64,000 bases of DNA from Chrysomallon squamiferum (lineage: Eukaryota > Animalia > Mollusca), in contig CM022665.1 in assembly GCA_012295275.1 (NCBI GenBank), forward strand, positions 37,200,001 to 37,264,000, read 5' to 3'. A program made the translations under genes and the position numbers. Below are positions 36,320-48,969 of this stretch, one piece after another. The notes under the pieces are model-generated. The model did not search any database and was not told the origin of the DNA. It was given only the letters and a program-made list of their open reading frames with translations. The stretch's first letter is position 1, and each line of letters begins with the position of its first letter.

Positions 36320-36929
36320 AAAAATAACAAAACGTAAATTTTAATTCCAAGCATGACCAAAGTCAGTATTTATCCTTGAAAAAGATACAGAGGCATAGAC
36401 TTTAAAACTAAACAAACTAAATAAATTTTTAAAAAAGGTAAAATTATTTGGAAACCCTCTGCAAAAGCAATATAAGTTAGTTCAGTGAGTGAATATAAAT
36501 ATTTAAAACATTTTCACAACAAACCTACATGACTGCCAAAAATCTTGCTGGACTGGTATGATTTTTAAATTTAAGAGTATACTAACATGGACATTCAAAA
36601 TTTGTTTCGCATCCTTCTTTAATTATTTCCATAGCAGTCAGATTTATAGAAATTTAATAAAGCAATCTGACATCCTGGTATTGCTTTTGACTTATTTAAC
36701 AAATCTCTAATGGAAAAATAATGGTGGAAAAAAAAAGACTTCCATTTCAGTGATGAGTCATGCTGGATATTTTGTTTCAAATTTAAAAAAATATACCAAA
36801 GACCTTGTGTGAAAAGTTAATACTTTCAATGATAAAAACCTTATAGAATAATAAGAGTAAAACAAATGAAGAAGAACATCAGATACTGGGCGTTGAAAAA
36901 TAAAAAACAAAATGCAAGCTGTATGTAAT

Positions 36930-36935
36930 TTTATT
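36930..36935 (-). terminator. Candidate polyadenylation signal of TTC27
   Basis: AATAAA on the - strand about 22 nt after the TTC27 stop; such hexamers are common by chance in this AT-rich DNA. Confidence 0.45.
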
Positions 36936-36957
36936 TACACACAAACACTGAAAAATG

Positions 36958-37077
36958 TCAGGATTTTTTCAACTCTTCTATTTTTGACACAATAATCTCA
37001 AGTTGTGATTCAAGTTTCTGACAAGGTTCTATAAGATCCTCTGCTAAAGTCTGATCTACTGGATTAGCATGCTGTCG
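36958..37077 (-). CDS. TTC27: TTC27 exon 24 (last)
   Basis: tttcag|CGA; [15 protein letters not shown]...IEELKKS TGA. Confidence 0.9.
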   Translation of the reverse strand, partial: RQHANPVDQTLAEDLIEPCQKLESQLEIIVSKIEELKKS

Positions 37078-40000
37078 CTGAAATAACAATAAATTAAAAA
37101 ATAACTATCAACTGAAAGGAGATTCAAAATAATTGTCATTTTTCATAACATTTCTTTTGTAGAAATAATAATTTGAAAAAAAAGTTAACTGCTAAGTAAC
37201 TATGTCCTCATTCTGTTGGCAGTCTTTTTTACACTTCTATGTTCAAAACACATTTATAAAATGTGGGAAATTACAAGCCTCAATACATTCTTTCGTTACT
37301 GTTACATTTTATTGCAATAAAATACACTTACTCTGATATTTGCTACAACTCCCTTCAGCATTAGTTTTGCTGATGATAACATCTGCAGACACTGAGTCTG
37401 GTCAGCTATTAACTTGGCACATTTCTGATAGGCTTGAGGAAACAAACAAAACTTTGTCAATATTAATCAGATAAATTTAAAAAAAGGAAAATTGCATTTT
37501 GGTGCATTTTGTTTGTACACAGAATTTTGTATATGTGCAACATGTTTCATTTTTGTCTGTATTTTCTTTTTCTAGTTGGCAATGTTGACACTAACTTCAT
37601 TTGACAAGAGATCTTAATAACAGTAACTGTTATTTACTTTGTATTTATAACAGTACAGAAATTTCATACTCACACTAAGATGGGTTTTTTAAATTAGTAA
37701 AGTTATCTCCCATTATTATAAAAACATATTCAGCGCTAAAACTAATAACAGTATTTATTAAAGCATCATATTTAAATTATATTAAATTCTTCATTTTTCT
37801 CTCTGACATACCTTCTGCAAGCAGACATGACTGTGCTGCAATATCTTTACATTTGTTGATGTCCTTTTCCCAGCCACTTTTCTGTGTAATGCAGCGGTGA
37901 GCTCTCTGAAAATACTGCAGTGTCTGAAATAAATAAGTAAAACAATAAACCACCAAGTGCAGGTTACCATATAACAACAGCAGATGAGCATTTCTGCATG
38001 TTATTTATCAACAGTAAAATTTTTGAAATTAAAAAAAAAAAAAAAAAAAAAACCAAAGAAATAAGAAACCTCTTTAAGTGTTCTTATCCATTCATTAAAA
38101 AAAATACTAAACTGTTATATTTTATAATATTAATGACCAAGCATTTCTTCAAAAGACATCACCAATATTACCTCATACTTTATTATAATAAATTAATCTT
38201 GCAAAACTACTGACTTTTTCATTTGTGGTTTTATCATCTGTGGTACTTGATGAATTTAAGTCTGCATACAACAGCCACACTTTTGATTCACTTGTTGTCT
38301 GAAACAAATTTTTGAAACAAAATATACAATAACAGAACAAATGTTTAAATATAAATTTAACAAAGATGTGTGAAAATTACTTTTAATTTAAACAAGTTAT
38401 ATGATCACTTTCTACAAGCCCATTTCTAATTTAAAACCTAATACAATTAAATAAACAGAGATTTTAAATTAAGAGTCTGTCTTTTTCTGAATACTTATTT
38501 GCTAAGTAAACACACTGACTGATCAATGTTAAAGATTTGAAATACATATTTTCCACCAGTATCTACCACATATGCTGTTTTCATAAATATTAACACTATA
38601 AAAAAAAATAAAAACCTTTACTGAGATACAGTTGGCCATAGTAATCATTGGGTGAGTTTCATATTTTTTTTTTTCCTTAGTAAAAACTAAACAAATTATT
38701 AAGTTAAAAATACTGATTTGAAATTTACCTTTGAAGTTATTCGTCCAAATAATTCTAATAACGAAGGTTTCAGTTTTCCTGCTGGCACACCATTAGCATC
38801 AGGTATGTTCTCTGTTACAGCTCTAACCAATATGGCTAAAATCTGTAGAAAAAACCCAACATAAATACTTTTATTTTTAGAAGAAATACAAACAAAAATA
38901 AATTATGTTCTAAAACAAGTTTTCAGTCTACTCCAGTTCAATATAACAGTCAACAGAAGATGTTGAGTAAAAAAAAAATTCATCCTCTCTAATGTTCAAT
39001 ATAATGAAAGAAAGCAGAGACATATTTTCTTGAAATGTTAACCAAGATATAATATATAAATATTTATTGCTTCTGTCTCATCGTTTTGTTAAAATCCAGA
39101 TTATCTGGCTTCAAGCAATTTAGGCAATCCATGGCATCTGATGTACAGATTTTTGTGTTATCAAGTATATCCAATTACGTAATTAAATATGAAAACTTCT
39201 ACAATGTTTTTAAGTTACATACATCGACACCTGATATCTATACTTCTCTTATTAGAACATGAAACAAGTTAGCTTTAAAAAAGTAATTTAAAAAGTTATT
39301 TACTTCAGTGTCTGTCCACTTGTCCTTGAGGTCCATCAGTCTATGATAAGCTCTGATCACTTCACTAAATTCCCCACAGTCAGCACCAATCTGTTATAAA
39401 GTCTATCAAAGTAATTTCTGAAGTTTTTTTTGGGGGAAAGACAGTAATAATGTGCCATATATATTCACATTTAATATGTAACAAAAAAAAAAAAAACAAA
39501 AAAACTATTGAACTATTCTGAATAAGCACTAAATAAATGTTATTTAATTCCAGATAAAAAATTAGTAAATAAAAAAAAAAAAAAATTACAAAATGAAGAA
39601 TTACAAAATGAAAATTTTTTATTTTCTCTAAACAAGACCTTTTAGAAATAATGGCATCATTTCTTGTCACATTTATTTTCAGGAAAACATGATGCTGACA
39701 ACTAAAGCATTTAACATATTTGTTCAAACCATCATTTGTAGATATCTAGTATAAATAAACTCTTACAATAAGACAGTTCTCCCACAGTCTCCAGTTGTCA
39801 TAGTTACACTTGATGGATTCTTTCAGAACTGCAAATGCTTTTGGTCTGAAATACGATTTAAAAAAAAATTATTATAAAATTTCATAAATATGAAATCATT
39901 ACAGAATGTTATTATTATTACTCTTTTTCTGTATGTAAACAGAAAATGTATTTGAATGAACTTTAGAAAATGGTTTTAAAAATTAGTATACCTCAACAAT

Positions 40001-41796
40001 AATTTAATTATGCTTTGAAAAATTAATTACTCACAAATCTTTTAGCCTCACATATGCTGTTGCAAGATTTGCCCAAGCTTCGTAGTTCTGTGGAAAAAAT
40101 AAGAGAAAATAAATTACAATATAAAAGCAATTAATATATACACTAGCTGTGCACTTAATGAAACTTATGCAATATATTCTTTCATCAAATTACATCTGAA
40201 AATTTCTGTTAATAAACTTATACTCCAACAGCTATTAACTGAAACTAATAACAGATTTTAAAATCAGGATAAAAAACAAAACAATGGATATCATTTTTAC
40301 TGCATGTACATGTAAAACTAAAATATGGAAAAGGATCAGATGACGTATAAATATTATATGAACAGATATAATATATTTATTTAATCTCATGGTTATTACA
40401 AAACAGTAAACTTGGTAACTGCTTGGATTTTTGAAATTTTTAAACTCTGCAATCATAAATACATCTATGTAATTACTAGATTTAATACTATAAAAAAAAC
40501 TAAATTTAATTTTTTAGCTTCAATAACAAAAAATGGAAATCATTATTTAAGGAAGTATTGTTTTGTTCAGAATAATATAAAGCTGGTTTTGAAATAAACA
40601 ACAAAACAACAAAAAAACAAAAAAAATAACAAAAAACTAAATAAAAAGATATTTACATCAAAGTCAATGTTGACACATCTTTTGAAAGCTTTTACAGCTA
40701 CATCAAACTTCTCTGCTGCCATTGCTGTACATCCATATGTAAACCAAACAGGTATCTGTAAATCAAACAAGAAGATGATATGGAACACCTTACACTTAAA
40801 ATAAAAAAATAATAAAGATAGTATGAATATAATGATAATGGTAGGTTTTTGTCTAGGAACATGCTGACAAATAGAAATTGAAATAAGATTATAAAATATA
40901 TTTTCTGTCATTATAGTGATTATTTAGCAGTAGGATGTACATATTTCTTTTGGAATTCTTTTCAAAAAGAGATATAAAGAAAAGAAACAAAAATACTGAC
41001 CTGAAGTGCGTTGATATTCAGTGACTTCTCAAAACACATTAATGCTTCATCGTACTAAAAATAATTAAAACATACCTTCTTAAATTTTTTAAAAAGTGAC
41101 TTAAATATGTTAATTTATGAAATAAATGCAAGATATTCTTTTAAAAAGTGAATAAAAATGCACTTTTTAAGGATGAAATAAATAAATACATATGTATTTC
41201 AGACACTGATTAAATACATATCTGTTTGTACAATGAACACAAGACAGAGATTTTAGTCTGTAACTAAAGACAGTAAAAATAAATGAAATCCTAATTATGA
41301 AGTGAATGTAAAATAATTATTTTTAAAAATTGCATGAAGACCTGTTTGTTTGAAAAGTGAATGAAAAATAATTATTTTTAAAAATTATATGAAGACCTGT
41401 TTGTTTGTGAAGTGAATGTATGCCATGCACCTCATGGCACGAGCACTTCGTTTGTTTGACAGCTCCCAGGCTTTGTGGTAACACTGCATGTCCTTAGTAA
41501 CATCACCAAGGAAACAGTACAAGTTGGGTGTTTCCTTCACCTTCAACTGTTCCATTATCACAGATTTGGCCTTCACAAAAAAGTGATAAAATATTACTGT
41601 ACAGCATTGGTTTACTCTTTTTAACAAGAATTAAGAAACTGTTTACAAAGTTCTTCTCATTTATAATGAAAATCTGTGACAAAAAGGATTTTATGTTGAA
41701 CATAATTAGAAACAATATAGAGTGAAATATAACTATTAATATTTTATTGATTTTTTTTTACTACATAAGTATATGTATACAATTTTGATGACACCT

Positions 41797-41828
<32 letters not shown>

Positions 41829-44800
41829 AACGATAATGATAATAATAATAATGATAATAACGATAACGATAACGATAATGATAATGATAATGATAATGAT
41901 GATGATAATAATGATAGTATACCTTTTCCAGTTTTTGCAGGGTCTGGTAACATTCTATGACCTGTTCCCACATTTCCAGTCTCTCAAAAATGTCCAGGGC
42001 TGATCCTACTGCTCCTAGAGACAGCAGCAAACTTGCCAGCTCACACTGGAAATATACATACAGTAAACATATTAATTTTAAAAAATAAATAAATGAAATT
42101 ATGGCATATTTCTAGATACAGACTACTACATTGTCTATAGTAACATTAAATGAATTTAAATAAAGTTAAAAATATATATATATATATATAAAAATAAATA
42201 AAAAAATGAAACACTTTGAAAAGTCAATAATTTTGATTATCAATTATTTTACTCTTAGTATTACTCTTTCTGAAAAAGAAAAAAACAGAAAGGATGAAAA
42301 TTACAATGTTTTCAAATTTTCATTTATAGATTTCTTTTTCTACATTATTAAATATTTACTGTGTACCTGCAGGTTCCATATTGTTGGTATTTTGGTAGCA
42401 TAAAACAAACAAAGTCTCTGAGAAGGTGGGGGAGATGATCTATTCATCTGGTTAACCAGTTCCTGAAATTCAAAACATTAACATTTGCTTTAACACCCTG
42501 ATGAAGTAATAATGATAGTGGTGATAATAATAATAACAACTAAAATAAAAATAAAAATCCATATTACTGTTACTGTATGAAGTAAATTATTCAGTTTAAT
42601 TCATTCTTAATTTTTTCTTTATTGCTACAAATAAAACAACAAGAGTCCAACTGTAATCTTCTGAAAATTTAATATAAAATGATTTACCTTAGTTAATTAT
42701 CAATAGCTTAGGTTAATCACATATTCACTTTTAATCTCTTATTAATAAATATATATTTCAGAAGGGATGGGTCATCATGTTAGAATAACATTTAAGATCA
42801 AACACATAATACAGTTTTAATTTTTTTTAAATGAGATGAAAAAAAAAAAAGAAAAAGAAATAACAAAAAAAACGTTTGCTGAATGTATTTAGTGGTTCCA
42901 GATATATTCAGGTTCAATTTACATACCTCAATCTGATTCATGGACCTTTCAACTGTTCTACGACTGTTTTTCTGATATTTTGATCTTAAAACAAGTGCCA
43001 TGATGGAAGTGCACCAATTTGTTACATATGGTAACACAGTCTGGAAGAAAAAAAAAAAAAAAAATCTATTATACTAATGTAAGTAAACTTAAAAAGTTTT
43101 ACATAATGTATGTTTTAAAGTAGTCATTTGAAATGTATCTTCAATTAAATTATAATTCTTAAAGTATTTAATCAATCTAAAACTTCAGTTGTTCAACTTA
43201 CATAAATGTAGGCCATTATTTCTTCTTCTGTTAATTTTTCATTTGCCATGCTGCGTCGATAACTCTCCCTACATGATCATAAAATAAGAATAATAAAAAA
43301 TTCACAACTACATTTAATGTACTTTTGTAAAGAAGAGAAAATTAATCTTTAATCATGTTTCTGCTAACTGCCATAAAGTTGGAGACAAACACATACTGAA
43401 CAGGTTAAATAAACACTTCATTCTTGGTTTTGTTTAGTCTTTGATCATTATTTTATTGCAGAAAGATAAAAATTATATTTAAGAAAAAAAAAAATCAGTA
43501 TCAGTTGATAAATACTGATTTCAAAGGTCTTAGATTCTGATGTCAGCCCTAGCTGAATCTGACAAGAAAAATAAATTAAGAATATATAAAAGTAAACAAA
43601 AATAAATAAAAATAAAGTGAACTCACATGACACCAAGTACAACAGCCTGTTCTACAGGAGACAGTGGTACTGACAATTCTATATCCTGGTTTTCTCCTGA
43701 GAACTGAACAGCATCCAGAACTGTATCATCATCAAGTGGAAGAATCTAAATCATCAACAATATAATATCACTTAAAAATGCATAATGTTTATGTTATCAT
43801 TATACATTAGTGAATATATATGGAAAGGTTGTTATCTTGTAAATGCTTATTAAATAAAATAATTAAAAAAATAATTAAAATAGAATTCATTTGTTAAAAA
43901 AAAATTTTTAAATAATGTTACTTTTTCTTTTTTCAATTTTTAAATTCAATACAATGAATACAACAACATTAACATTAACTGCTACAGTTAGTGCCCCATC
44001 AAAAACATGTTAAAGATGCACTGATTCAAATCAGTAACAATACTCTGCTTCCTCACTCACATCATTAGTAGAATATACAACAGACTTCTAACACAGATTG
44101 TATTAATATCATTAAAGAAATCTTTTGAGATATTTTTCTCCACTGTCAATGTATAATTCTGGGTTGTACCTTTGGCAGTGTTAGGTTCTCAAACTGTTTT
44201 ACAATACAAGAATCTCCAGCACTTTCATTACTTTCTCTGGTTACTTTAAGGATAAGCTGCGCTTTTTCATCCTGCTGAAATCGAGTTCTTTTGCCCATTG
44301 CACCTATTGAGATAAACATTTTAAAATTAGGTATTTGTTATTTATATAATTTGCTATACAAATAACATATGTTTATTTGAACATTGCTGGACATCTGTTT
44401 TTATTAAAAAACTAACAAAATTATTAAAACACTAACAAAAAAAGTAAAGTACAATCCAAGAAACCCCAGTAGCTTGCAAAATAAATATTTAAATTATTAA
44501 AACAGTTAAAGCATCTAATACTGTTTTCAGAAAAAAAAAAAAAAAAAAAACTTAAAAACAATCCAATACATGTTTCAGATATAATCAAAATTAAATTAAT
44601 AGTTTAGCTGATGATCATCACTAAAAATATTTTTATTTGACAATAAATAAATATTTACATTATCTATAATTCAAAATGAGTTAAAAATTTAAATAATTTC
44701 TGGATAAATTTTAAATACTTTATTCACTGTTAGACAAAAACTAGATGAAATGAAGAAAGAAAGAAAAGAAAAAAACGAGATTGAAAATAAAAATGTTCTT

Positions 44801-47800
44801 TGATTAACCTGCTAATTCAATTTTGAGTCCTGAATCTTTCTTTGCAGTATCAAAATGATTTCTTGCCATTTTTATTTCAAAATACGTGTGACATGTGTGT
44901 CCAGCCTCAAGGTTAAACATCAAAACAACATCTCTGAAAAATAAAACAATTTTTTTTATTTATTTATTATTTTTTATCATTGCTGGGTGCTTGTTTTATC
45001 ATTTTCATGCATTTTGGTGCTTGTTTTGATATTTTTTGCATCCTTCATGCATTTTTAGTATCTTAGATCTGACCAAAAACTACAGGAACAACTGTAAACA
45101 TCACTAGGCTCTTGGTTTTAAATGCATCTAGACTAGTGTCATATGGAATGCCAAACTTGTCACTGGAGTTAAATTTAATGTTTTAAAATATTAATTTTAT
45201 ATGTTTTTTGTTTTTAAAATTCACATTGTCTATTTATTAGGTAATATCCTGTGATATTATCAGCGAAACTCTTTGATTTTAAGCATAGAAAATGTTTTTC
45301 CTGTTCATTTTACTTAAAAAGTATGAGCTGCCACTGATAAAACATAACAGGAATTAGGCATTATTTTGGTGTCTTCAATACTTAAATGGAGTCAATTATT
45401 ATTATTATTATTATTGTATTTATTATTAAACTCAAAAGATAAGATCAGTCCATCTAGAAAATTTCAAGAATATTTCTTCAACAAGAATGTTTTCAGATTC
45501 GGACTGGCAGGCATAAATTCTAATTAATTTGCCTTGCACAGTTTTGAGATGGTCACACATTTTACCAATCATAAGAATGCTCAGTGCAATCTTAAGATAG
45601 ACTACGTGGAACATGTGCACTGTTCAAAATTAACACCTCTAACTAAAAATATTGATGTAATTTGAAATACACAAGTAACTAATTAAAAAAAAATAATCTG
45701 GTTTATATTTTCTTTGTACATTATTAGAATTACGACTCAGTTTATTAAATTAGAAATATTTCTGAAAACCCACCTATTACAACTGTCTGTCAGCAATGGT
45801 TCTCTTTTAGAAACTGTAATAGAAATAACTCAGCAAAAATGGCATATACAAAATTAATGCATTCATTTCTCTTAATAAATTTGTTTGATTATTTTACACA
45901 TTATATATTTAAGAATGAGATAACTTAAATAATATTATACTATTATTAAATTCACATTATTGATAAATGTATTAATATCACTTCTGTATAGTATTTAATC
46001 AATGTTCGCTTCAGTAACTATCTACATTTTCTGTATGTGATCAATGCTTTCATAATGAAATCTTAATTAGAAATAAACAAAATATAATGGGTTTTTTATT
46101 TCCTAATTTCAACTTAAGCTGAATTAAACAGCAATATACAAGTCTGGGTGGGGTAACAGTAAAATACATTTCCTTTAATAATGATAGGTACTGGTCAAAT
46201 AATTTGAGGAGGGAAAAAATTACAGAGTCATCTGTTAAACCTGAAATAATACACAGAAGGAACTAAAACCTACTGTTATTTATCAACTGCAGTGATTTAT
46301 CTCTCAGAGTCTGTGATCTTTCATCAAGAATGTCTTGATGTACAGCAATACACCTCAACAACCACCAGTCAGCTGTCTGTAAAACACAATTATAATTTTT
46401 ACATCGATATCATAAATATTGTTTATTTTCAGACATTTTAAGTTAGCAAAAATTTTGCTCAAACTGATATAAATATATCTTCATAGATACGTATTTTTTG
46501 GAATTAAGAAATATGACAAAGTACATTGAAATCTGAATTTATATGTGAAGATAAGAAATTAATTATATTAAATGCATCTGCTTCTTTAAATATATGTTAA
46601 AGCTGTCAGTTAACAATTCAAGTACCAGACCATTTATACAGCTTCCTGAAAACCAGGTTTAGACATGTATTAATGTTTTATTTTAAATACAATTTTATTC
46701 TGTACTTTTCATTGTTTATATTTATGTTTAGATATATATTAACATAATTAAGTCTTCATGCAGAAATCTGTATCACCTCTAGTACTGAGCTTGCCTAATA
46801 AATGATCTTGCACTGTGATAAATGTTAAAGAAACTAAATTACTTTTCATAATCTAAATACACATATTATGACATTGTCACAAATTTTACCTGTAACTCTT
46901 TCAGATAATCTTGGCATTCCTGGAAGATACATTTTGCTATGTAAAGAAATGGTGTGAATCTTGCAAGCGTGTACACTGTGGCACCATCAACTTCAAGTTC
47001 TTTATTAACCCAGTTTTCGACTGTCTGCAAATATTAAATTCAGAATTAAAAAAAAAAAATTGTATAATAGAAATCAACTTCACATTTCTGTTTAAACATT
47101 TTTCTCACAATAATTTTAAAACTAATAATAAATTTAAATTTTTTATTATTATTTTTTTTTTTTTTTTATGTCCAAGAAGTGTAAGTTAGTTTTCCTGCTA
47201 ATTAAAATTTAACTTACACAAACAATAGAAGACAAATTATCAATGTAATTATATTTAATATTTGATGCTATATACAAAATACTGTAACTCTATCATAATG
47301 AAAAGAGGAAAATTATTAAGTATCTAATCTCAGAATAACCAATTTTCATTTCCATTATGCAAACAAAAATAATTTAAGATTCAGCAACAATACTGAAATT
47401 AATTTCAGGGTTTTGGGAAATAAAAGTTAAGCATATCTTTAAGGATAGCAGCATTTAAAGAATTAACAGAGTATATAATTTAGTATATGAAAGCATGTAT
47501 GCTTGTGTGTACGTAACAAAGAATAATATTAAGAACCTGGTCATCTTCTTTGAAATTCTTGCCTAGGAATGTGATTGGGGAGTTGTCAGAAAACGGTCCT
47601 ACCCAGTTATTTTGAACAAAGAGTTGCAGACATGAAGCTCCCACTATCAGAACATCCAGCTGCCTTCAGGGGAAAATAAATAATTATTTATTACAACATT
47701 CAAAACATATTAATTCATATGGATACTATGCTTTACCATACTCATTTCATTCATCCTATCACATAATTATTTATTCCATTTTTTGTTTTTATATTATTAT

Positions 47801-48897
47801 TCTCTAACACTTTTAAGTGATTTTTTCAAATACTTTCAAATGTTAAAAAGATGAACAATGAATATGATTTAATAATTCATAAATTGTTATAATCATCAAC
47901 ACTACAGTTATTTTTACTGTTAGTAAATTAAAGCATTTGTTTTAACTGGCATTGTTAAAATCAAAACAGTGATACTCATCAAATTTATTTTAATCTTTGA
48001 ATCATCACAGATAATTTTCTTACAAAGTCTAAACAAACATGTTCAAGTTCTTTTTCCCAATTAATTTTTGTTTCCTCTTTTGTCCAATACTGACAAAACA
48101 TTTGAATATAATAAACTCACAAGTGTAACAAATCACTGCTTTCTCCAGACAGAAAATGTTCAACATTTGTCTTAATAACTGTACACAGATCTGTACAACC
48201 TTCTGCTCCTGTCAAAATCTTCAGACCAACAGGGTGACTTAAAACATCTTCAAACTTTCCATTTAAAAAACATTTTGCTAATGGTTCATCATCTGGAACA
48301 TCTACAAAATTAATTTTTATAATTATTAAATATACATGTAATACATTAATGTTCGGCTTCAGCTGTTCTTTATTATTATTATTTTTTAATTATTATTTTT
48401 AATTAATTTACATCAATTCTTTCTTTATAACACACTGTTAAAATATATTGATTTATTGCCTACATTAATCTAATTCCTACTGCATGCACATCTATTCTTT
48501 TCAAGTCATTTATGTTATTTCTAACAGTAACTGTAAATTATCCTCATTATAATGATTTTAATTACAATAATATTAATATAAAAAGATCTAAAAGAATTGT
48601 AGGAAATGGCTTGTATTCATCTGATATTTTATCTAAGATGTTGTTTCTATTTTTTAGAATCTAACTCCAAGACTAAGAATGTATTCATAAATTACAGTTA
48701 TTCGACTTTGTATATAAGTAATTTAGATCTATCATTTGGTGTCAATAATACTAGTAATAGTAATATTACTAAATTTTTATTTTTATTACTAGCAGATTGT
48801 TTAGACAACCTATGTCAATCGTAATCAACGTACCAACACAAATAAAATAATCAATGCCTGTAAGGATAGCCAGTTCTATTTTTCTTAAGTGATTCAT
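36958..48897 (-). CDS. TTC27: TTC27, tetratricopeptide repeat protein 27, 834 aa, 24 coding exons
   Basis: 2505 nt, all GT-AG, phases consistent. Diagnostic segments match recalled human TTC27: [92 protein letters not shown]. Confidence 0.96.
37332..37432 (-). CDS. TTC27: TTC27 exon 23
   Basis: ctcaag|CC..AGA|gtaagt; [15 protein letters not shown]. Confidence 0.92.
37812..37923 (-). CDS. TTC27: TTC27 exon 22
   Basis: tttcag|..G|gtatgt; [16 protein letters not shown]. Confidence 0.92.
38215..38298 (-). CDS. TTC27: TTC27 exon 21
   Basis: tttcag|..AAA|gtcagt; [10 protein letters not shown]...NEK. Confidence 0.9.
38729..38842 (-). CDS. TTC27: TTC27 exon 20
   Basis: ctacag|..AAG|gtaaat; ILAILVRAV...[11 protein letters not shown]. 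Confidence 0.93.
39304..39390 (-). CDS. TTC27: TTC27 exon 19
   Basis: taacag|..GAA|gtaaat; [21 protein letters not shown]. Confidence 0.93.
39767..39845 (-). CDS. TTC27: TTC27 exon 18
   Basis: tttcag|A..ATT|gtaaga; [22 protein letters not shown]. Confidence 0.93.
40035..40087 (-). CDS. TTC27: TTC27 exon 17
   Basis: ccacag|..TT|gtgagt; [16 protein letters not shown]. Confidence 0.92.
40657..40755 (-). CDS. TTC27: TTC27 exon 16
   Basis: ttacag|..GAT|gtaaat; VWFTYGC...[12 protein letters not shown] (TPR). Confidence 0.93.
41001..41054 (-). CDS. TTC27: TTC27 exon 15
   Basis: ttttag|..CAG|gtcagt; [18 protein letters not shown]. Confidence 0.92.
41299..41420. repeat. 55-bp tandem duplication spanning the TTC27 exon 14 donor
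   Basis: gaagacctgtttgtttg at 41336 and 41391; about 2.2 units. Confidence 0.92.
41397..41570 (-). CDS. TTC27: TTC27 exon 14
   Basis: gtgaag|..CAG|gtcttc; [26 protein letters not shown]. Confidence 0.93.
41797..41915. repeat. (ATA/ATG/ACG)n trinucleotide repeat just inside TTC27 intron 13
   Basis: Read directly. Confidence 0.92.
41923..42045 (-). CDS. TTC27: TTC27 exon 13
   Basis: ttccag|..AAG|gtatac; [26 protein letters not shown]. Confidence 0.94.
42367..42462 (-). CDS. TTC27: TTC27 exon 12
   Basis: tttcag|..CAG|gtacac; [18 protein letters not shown]. Confidence 0.92.
42927..43040 (-). CDS. TTC27: TTC27 exon 11
   Basis: ttccag|..GAG|gtatgt; [20 protein letters not shown]. Confidence 0.93.
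43202..43268 (-). CDS. TTC27: TTC27 exon 10
   Basis: atgtag|G..TAT|gtaagt; [11 protein letters not shown]. Confidence 0.9.
43627..43745 (-). CDS. TTC27: TTC27 exon 9
   Basis: atttag|..AT|gtgagt; [12 protein letters not shown]...EQAVVLG. Confidence 0.92.
44170..44303 (-). CDS. TTC27: TTC27 exon 8
   Basis: caatag|GT..AAG|gtacaa; [19 protein letters not shown]. Confidence 0.93.
44809..44933 (-). CDS. TTC27: TTC27 exon 7
   Basis: tttcag|A..G|gttaat; [15 protein letters not shown]...SGLKIELA. Confidence 0.9.
45774..45813 (-). CDS. TTC27: TTC27 exon 6 (40 nt)
   Basis: ttacag|TT..AG|gtgggt; needed to bridge phase 1 to phase 2; [14 protein letters not shown]. Confidence 0.82.
46274..46376 (-). 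CDS. TTC27: TTC27 exon 5
   Basis: ttacag|..A|gtaggt; [21 protein letters not shown]. Confidence 0.9.
46890..47024 (-). CDS. TTC27: TTC27 exon 4
   Basis: ttgcag|..CAG|gtaaaa; [11 protein letters not shown]. Confidence 0.9.
47537..47663 (-). CDS. TTC27: TTC27 exon 3
   Basis: ctgaag|G..CAG|gttctt; [17 protein letters not shown]. Confidence 0.9.
48121..48301 (-). CDS. TTC27: TTC27 exon 2
   Basis: ttgtag|AT..TT|gtgagt; [14 protein letters not shown]. Confidence 0.88.
48834..48897 (-). CDS. TTC27: TTC27 exon 1
   Basis: [21 protein letters not shown]; G|gtacgt. Confidence 0.8.
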
Positions 48898-48969
48898 TTT
48901 TATAAATGTTATTCACTACAGGATTCTTCGTTATAAACATAAACAGATAACAGAACAAGAACCATTACA

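Noticed and set aside
41761-41922. His/Tyr-rich extension of a TTC27 ORF
   Set aside because: Intronic trinucleotide repeat after the AAG|gtatac donor.
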